NCBI GenBank assembly: GCA_016840425.1
Contig: JAEOSI010000056.1
Coordinates: 1 to 11,232, forward strand
Reading direction: 5' to 3'
DNA from: Candidatus Wukongarchaeum yapensis
GTDB taxonomy: Archaea; Asgardarchaeota; Wukongarchaeia; Wukongarchaeales; Wukongarchaeaceae
Length of the DNA: 11,232 nucleotides
This document shows positions 6,885-11,232 of this stretch, piece after piece (the stretch's first letter is position 1; each line of letters begins with the position of its first letter). A program made the position numbers and the translations under genes. Under the pieces are notes generated by a model, which was not told the origin of the DNA, made no database searches, and saw only the letters and a list, made by a program, of their open reading frames with translations.

Positions 6885-7691
6885 TTATGGTTTTGGGTTT
6901 TTTGTGATTTTTGTTCCTTGGATTTCTTTGTTTATTATGGCTTTTTTTAGCGTGTTTTGTTGTTTTGTTCCTTGGATTATCATGGCTTCTTTTGTCCCTT
7001 CTTTTAGGGCGTTTATACATGCTTTAAGTTTTGGGATCATTCCTTTTGAGGCTATTCCTCGTGAAATAAGGTTTTCTGCCGCTTTTATGTCCATTTTTTC
7101 AATGGTGCTTTCTTCATCTTCTGGATTTTCTAAGACGCCTTTCGTGTCTGTTAGTATGATAAAAACATCAGGTTTTAATGCTGCGGATAAAGCGCCTGCT
7201 ACTTCATCAGCGTTAACGTTTAAGATGAGGTCTTTTTCAGAATAGCACAATGGCGAAAAGACAGGAATTATTCCCTCGCCCAATAGGAGGCTTATGGGTC
7301 TTGTGTCGATTTTTTTAACTTCCCCTACCAAACCTAAGTTTTGGGGTTTTTCGCCCTTTCTTTCTGCTGTTATGATGGCGTTGTCTACACCGCTTAAACC
7401 TAAGGTTTTAACCTTTTTTGATACAAGTTTTGAAACTATTTTAAGGTTGATTAACCCTCTAAGCGTCATTATAACGAATTTTAAAGTTTCTTTGTCTGTT
7501 ATTCTGAGACCTTTTACAAATCTTGGTTTAAGACCAATCCTCTCCATGAGAAGGGAGGTAGTTTTTCCACCTCCATGAACTATGACAACTTTATAGTTTT
7601 TCATGTATAACTCTGTGATTTCTTGGATAATACTTTCTAGTACAGGGTCGTTTTCCACTATTTCTCCGCCCATCTTTATTACTAAAAGCAA
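6885..7691 (-). CDS. argB: Acetylglutamate kinase, 268 aa
   Basis: IKMGG, VHGGG, VKGLRITD, LGLVGEV, NVNAD, LTDTKGV, GMIPKL. TTG start with GGAGG RBS. Confidence 0.93.
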   Translation of the reverse strand: MLLVIKMGGEIVENDPVLESIIQEITELYMKNYKVVIVHGGGKTTSLLMERIGLKPRFVKGLRITDKETLKFVIMTLRGLINLKIVSKLVSKKVKTLGLSGVDNAIITAERKGEKPQNLGLVGEVKKIDTRPISLLLGEGIIPVFSPLCYSEKDLILNVNADEVAGALSAALKPDVFIILTDTKGVLENPEDEESTIEKMDIKAAENLISRGIASKGMIPKLKACINALKEGTKEAMIIQGTKQQNTLKKAIINKEIQGTKITKNPKP

Positions 7692-7743
7692 AAATAACGA
7701 TCCTCCTTGCTAAAAAAGCGATTATTATTCACTTTGTTTAGGA

Positions 7744-9315
7744 TTACTTCTTGGACCACTTAAAAAGCCCGTTTTTATGTTTCTTAAGGAGGTCTTGGAT
7801 TATTTCTTCCAGCATTTTTTCGCTCTCTTTTATCCTTGTTTCCCTGTTTTTATTGCGGGTTTTAATGTTTTCTAGGGTTTTTTTCCGTTCTTTTATCGTT
7901 TCTTTTAGCATGGTGGGGTTTGGACTTCCCAAGCTTTTTCGCTCATTTATGCTTTTTAGGGGGTCGAAGCAGTCCTTTAGAGCGGGTAGATTTATAGGAG
8001 TTTCTTCGCCTAAAATTTCCCTCCATGCTTCTTTTAAATCGTTGAAAGCTTCTTCGTTCAAGAGGGCTTTTTTTACCACCAATTTTTTTATCGTTGTGCC
8101 TACTATGTTGTGGGCTTCTCTGAAAGAGATTCCTGTTTCTTTCACTATTTTCTCAGCCAAGTCTAGGGCTGTAGTATAACCCTTTTTCACAAGTTTTAAT
8201 GCGGCTTCTTTATCGATTTTTATATCTTTAAGTAGGCCTGAAAGCATTTTGGTTGAAGATTTCACGGTGTCTATAGCGTTCCATAAAGGGGATTTTGTCT
8301 CTTGGAGGTCTCTGTTATACCCGCTGGGCAATCCTTTAACCATGGTAAGGATATAGGTTAGCGCTCCTAATACTTTGCTTGTGCGTCCTCTTATGAGTTC
8401 TAGAGAGTCTGGGTTTTTTTTCTGGGGCATGACGCTGCTTATTGAGCAGTATTCGTCAGGTATTTCTAGGAAGCCGAACTCTGTTGTTGACCAGAGTATG
8501 AGGTCTTCTGCTATCCTTGAGAGGTTTGTTTGATGGATTGCGAGGACTGCTATAGTTTCTATGGCGAAGTCTCTTGTTGTGGTGGCGTCTATTGAGTTTT
8601 CTATGATGCCTTCAAACCCTAGGAGTTCTGCTGTTCTTTGCCTGCTTATTTCAAAGGAGGTGCCTGCAAGGGCGCAAGCTCCCAAGGGGGACTTGTTTAC
8701 GCGCTCGTACAAGTTTTCTAAGCGTTCTATGTCCCTTAGTAGGGAGTCCGCGTAGGATAGAAGAAAGTGGGCAAAAGTTGTTATTTGGGCTTGTTGGAGG
8801 TGAGTGTATCCTGGCATAACGGTTTCTATGTGGTTTTCTGCAAGGGAGATTTGAACCTTTATTAAGTGCCTTATTTGCCGAGTTAGGGCAATGATTTCTC
8901 GCCTTATGTACATTCTTACGTCGGTCATTACTTGATCGTTTCTGCTTCTTCCTGTGTGCATTTTGCCCCCGGTCTCTACCCCTAAACGTTCTACTACATA
9001 TTTTTCGACTACAGGGTGAATATCTTCTAAGCTTTCATCTATCTTTAATTTGTCTTTTTTCCAGTCATTTAAGGCATTTTCTAACTCTCTAAGGATTTTT
9101 GAAGCTTCTTCTTCTGTTAGTATTCCTGCTTCTTTAAGCATTATTACGTGGGCTTCACTTCCTCTGATATCGTCCTCAAAAATACGTATGTCATCCCAGA
9201 GACTTGAAAGGAAAGAGGTAACTTCTGCAGACTGTTCTTTTTTTTCAAGTCTTGCTTTCCATTCTCCTTTTTTTTCTTTTTCTGGGATTTTTTCTTGGAG
9301 TTCTTCTTTGTTCAA
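7744..9315 (-). CDS. argH: Argininosuccinate lyase, 523 aa
   Basis: EDIH, HTGRSRNDQ, MPGYTHLQQAQ, SSVMPQKKNPD, LPSGYNRDLQE. TTG start with AGGAG RBS. Confidence 0.97.
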   Translation of the reverse strand: MNKEELQEKIPEKEKKGEWKARLEKKEQSAEVTSFLSSLWDDIRIFEDDIRGSEAHVIMLKEAGILTEEEASKILRELENALNDWKKDKLKIDESLEDIHPVVEKYVVERLGVETGGKMHTGRSRNDQVMTDVRMYIRREIIALTRQIRHLIKVQISLAENHIETVMPGYTHLQQAQITTFAHFLLSYADSLLRDIERLENLYERVNKSPLGACALAGTSFEISRQRTAELLGFEGIIENSIDATTTRDFAIETIAVLAIHQTNLSRIAEDLILWSTTEFGFLEIPDEYCSISSVMPQKKNPDSLELIRGRTSKVLGALTYILTMVKGLPSGYNRDLQETKSPLWNAIDTVKSSTKMLSGLLKDIKIDKEAALKLVKKGYTTALDLAEKIVKETGISFREAHNIVGTTIKKLVVKKALLNEEAFNDLKEAWREILGEETPINLPALKDCFDPLKSINERKSLGSPNPTMLKETIKERKKTLENIKTRNKNRETRIKESEKMLEEIIQDLLKKHKNGLFKWSKK

Positions 9316-9587
9316 AGGTTTTTCTCTCCTAAAAGGATGTGGGAGCTTTTTACTTTTGTTTTTAAGAGGGAAGTTTTTTATTACTTTTTGCTATTCTTAA
9401 CCTATTTTTAAATTTGTTTTTTTTGGTCGATTTTTAGCTTTTAGTGTCTTGGGGGTCGTTGCGTAACTTTTTTAAATCTTAGATATTTTACAATCATGAA
9501 ATAATTAAGATTGTTACTTTTATTCGATATTTATCACATCGATTTTTTAATTTCCTAAAAGAAACTAAAATTATTATAAAGAATCTC

Positions 9588-9642
9588 TAAATATACTGTG
9601 CTGTTAAGTAAATTTTTTAAGAAAAACAAGGCTTTAAGGAGG
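9588..9642 (+). promoter_or_regulatory. Possible ino1 TATA box (9588-9595) and Shine-Dalgarno (9638-9642)
   Basis: TAAATATA 55 bp upstream of ATG 9650; GGAGG 7 nt upstream of it. The region is AT-rich, so the TATA call is weak. Confidence 0.4.
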
Positions 9643-9649
9643 ATTTTTT

Positions 9650-10729
9650 ATGGGCGAGATCAGAGTAGCTATCTCCGGTATAGGAGGATGCGGATCCGCC
9701 ATCGTACAAGGAATATACTATTACCAAAACGCGAAAGAAGATGAGTTCGTTCCAGGGCTCATGCACGTAAAGTTTGGAGATTATCATATAAGAGACGTAA
9801 AGTTTGTCGCTGCCTTTGATGTTAACAAGGAGAAAATAGGGAAGGACTTAAGCGAAGCGATTTTTGCAGAACCTTGCTACATGGCAAAGATCATAGAAGT
9901 ACCCCATTTAGGAGTTAAAGTATTACCCGCGCCCATTTTAGACGGGGTAGCCCCTCATATGGTGGAAGAGTTTCGGTGCTATAACCCTGAAGAAATGGAG
10001 CCTGTAAACGTAGCAGAAGAGTTGAAGAAAGCTAAAGCAGACATCTTAGTAAATCTTATCCCTGTAGGGAGCGCGGAAGCTACAAGGATATATGCCGAAG
10101 CCTGTCTTGAGGCAGGTTGTGCTTTCATAAACTGTATACCGGAGTTTATAGCAAGCGATGAAACTTGGGCGAAAAGGTTCGAAAAAGCAGGTTTACCTAT
10201 AGCAGGAGACGATATTAAAAGTCAGCTTGGGGCTACCATACTTCACAGGACTATTGCTGATTTGATGCGGGCAAGAGGTCTTATCATAGAGGAGACGTAT
10301 CAGTTAAACATTGGTGGGGATTCAGACTTTCTCAACATGACTGTGGAGGAGAGGTTGTCTTCTAAACGGATCTCAAAAACAGAGGCTGTAACCTCCCTAA
10401 TAGGCAAAGAAATACCCACAAGGATAGGCCCATCAGACTACGTTCCCTTCCTTGGAGACCAAAAAATCTGTTACATTTACGCAAGGGGAAGAAAATTTGG
10501 AGACAGACCCGTAAGAATAGATCTCAAATTGAGCGTTGAAGACTCGCCAAACAGCGCTGGGGTTCAAATAGACGCCATTCGGGCTACAAAGATAGCGCTG
10601 GATCGGGGTGTTTCAGGCGCTCTTACAAGTATAAGCGCTTACTCCTTCAAGCACCCTCCCATTCAAGTTCCAGACCACGTAGCAAGACAGTGGGTTGAAG
10701 AATTTATAGAAGGAAAAAGAGAACGGTGA
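9650..10729 (+). CDS. ino1: myo-inositol-1-phosphate synthase, 359 aa
   Basis: IRVAISGIGGCGSAIVQG Rossmann motif, VAAFDV, GDDIKSQLGAT, QLNIGGDSDFLNM, SKRISKT, DQKICY, VEDSPNSAG, FKHPP. Confidence 0.95.
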   Translation: MGEIRVAISGIGGCGSAIVQGIYYYQNAKEDEFVPGLMHVKFGDYHIRDVKFVAAFDVNKEKIGKDLSEAIFAEPCYMAKIIEVPHLGVKVLPAPILDGVAPHMVEEFRCYNPEEMEPVNVAEELKKAKADILVNLIPVGSAEATRIYAEACLEAGCAFINCIPEFIASDETWAKRFEKAGLPIAGDDIKSQLGATILHRTIADLMRARGLIIEETYQLNIGGDSDFLNMTVEERLSSKRISKTEAVTSLIGKEIPTRIGPSDYVPFLGDQKICYIYARGRKFGDRPVRIDLKLSVEDSPNSAGVQIDAIRATKIALDRGVSGALTSISAYSFKHPPIQVPDHVARQWVEEFIEGKRER

Positions 10730-10906
10730 ACTATCCCTCAATTTGGAAAGGGGCTTCCTCCCTCGCGCTCTGAAACGCTAACGGGTCTCCTTTCGGAGCG
10801 ACGTACTCTGGGGAGGTTTTTGGACTGGTTCACTTCCCTTTTTTGTTTGTGCCACAGACAAAGGACAGCCCTGCTCTTAAGCATAGAGCCTAAGAGCCTG
10901 TTCCTT
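10710..10906 (-). ncRNA. Predicted stand-alone omegaRNA (about 180-nt scaffold plus guide reading into ino1)
   Basis: 15-bp bulged 5' stem (10861-10906), GTGAAC (10827-10832) complementary to the terminal GTTCAC, CCTCCC/GGGAGG stem, CTCC-GAAA-GGAG tetraloop (10787-10798), TATA about 25 nt upstream. Confidence 0.6.
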
Positions 10907-10990
10907 CTGACATTTAATAGTTCAAAACTCTATTTAAGCTCCCCGCAATTTATCCCTCTCTTATGAAAGGAGTCTTCTTATGGCATAAAA
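10726..10990 (-). mobile_element. 265-bp protein-less IS200/IS605-family mini-element (second family)
   Basis: Minus strand: target TTAT (10991-10994), AAGA (10973-10976) plus bulged hairpin (10956-10972), and right end GAAG-CCCCTTTCCAAATTGAGGG-ATAGTTCAC. The two ends resemble each other (CCTTTC...GAGGGATA). Removing the element restores the ino1 end as CGA-TAA. Confidence 0.82.
10931..10937 (-). promoter_or_regulatory. TATA box inside the mini-element, pointing at the omegaRNA-like region
   Basis: TTAAATA on the minus strand, 24 nt upstream of the first paired base of the 5' stem. No good BRE seen. Confidence 0.45.
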
Positions 10991-11056
10991 ATAAATAAAA
11001 ACCGTCTAAACCCTTTCTTTCTTATTATTATGCAACTTTTCTTCCTTTTTACTTTT

Positions 11057-11232
11057 TTATAGGGTTTGAGTGTGGGCTTTTGCGATTAATTCAAACAAAG
11101 TTTTAGCTGCTAATACTGCTGTAATCCCGCTAGGATCAAAAGGAGGGCAAAGTTCTACTACATCAATTCCACATATTTGGGTTTCAAGTCCCCAGATTAT
11201 ATCAAAAACATTTGTAGGGGATAAGCCTTCAG
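11057..11232 (-). CDS. Ureohydrolase (agmatinase/arginase family), C-terminal 57 aa, partial; absent from the ORF track
   Basis: Translation EGLSPTNVFDIIWGLETQICGIDVVELCPPFDPSGITAVLAAKTLFELIAKAHTQTL*; GIDVVE-x-x-PPFD-x-SGITA is the typical agmatinase C-terminus. Confidence 0.85.
   Translation of the reverse strand, partial: EGLSPTNVFDIIWGLETQICGIDVVELCPPFDPSGITAVLAAKTLFELIAKAHTQTL

Noticed and set aside
304-9400. Short or antisense ORFs in the track (304-558, 559-747, 1286-1471, 1326-1652, 1714-1953, 2750-2986, 3469-3705, 3855-4175, 4015-4254, 4240-4491, 5498-6262, 6352-6690, 6742-7020, 6871-7245, 7294-7578, 7751-8179, 8561-8755, 9050-9400).
   Set aside because: They overlap well-supported genes or low-complexity intergenic DNA, have F/L/S- or K/N-biased shadow composition and show no motifs.
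9524-9542. TCGAT-N9-ATCGA inverted repeat between argH and ino1 as an operator.
   Set aside because: 5-bp arms are expected by chance and there is no second copy.
9650-10340. ino1 motif deviations (GIGGCGS for GVGNCAS; GGDSDF for GGNTDF) as a sign of changed function.
   Set aside because: The catalytic Lys/Asp motifs are all present, and a GDxD variant occurs in archaeal MIPS; this is within family variation.
10738-10884. 48-codon minus-strand ORF MLKSRAVLCLWHKQ...GSPFPN inside mini-element 3.
   Set aside because: No TnpA/TnpB motifs or RBS; it lies within the paired RNA region and is better explained as incidental.

Overview
Archaeal window, most likely from an Asgard archaeon (inferred from a Rab-like small GTPase with all five RabF-like motifs and from GGAGG/GAGG-type RBSs). 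Host genes: Rab-like GTPase, two orphans, a PadR regulator with an SdpI/DUF1648 membrane protein, an M20A deacetylase, argB, argH, ino1 and the 3' end of an agmatinase-family gene. Three IS200/IS605-family elements lie among them. (1) The 3' part of a tnpB element (1-870), frameshifted, with a rearranged RuvC site. (2) A 277-bp tnpB-deleted derivative of the same family (3199-3475) that keeps both ends and a broken small RHH-like ORF. (3) A 265-bp protein-less element of a different family (10726-10990, minus) that appears to consist of ends, a TATA box and a complete omegaRNA-like scaffold. All four end types visible here obey the IS608 guide/cleavage tetranucleotide pairing rule, which fixes the boundaries and predicts TAMs TTAC and TTAT. 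Element 3 sits exactly on the ino1 stop codon and replaces CGA-TAA with CGG-TGA, leaving the protein unchanged. No tnpA, CRISPR, tRNA or rRNA was seen. All family calls come from motif recognition by eye; no searches were run.
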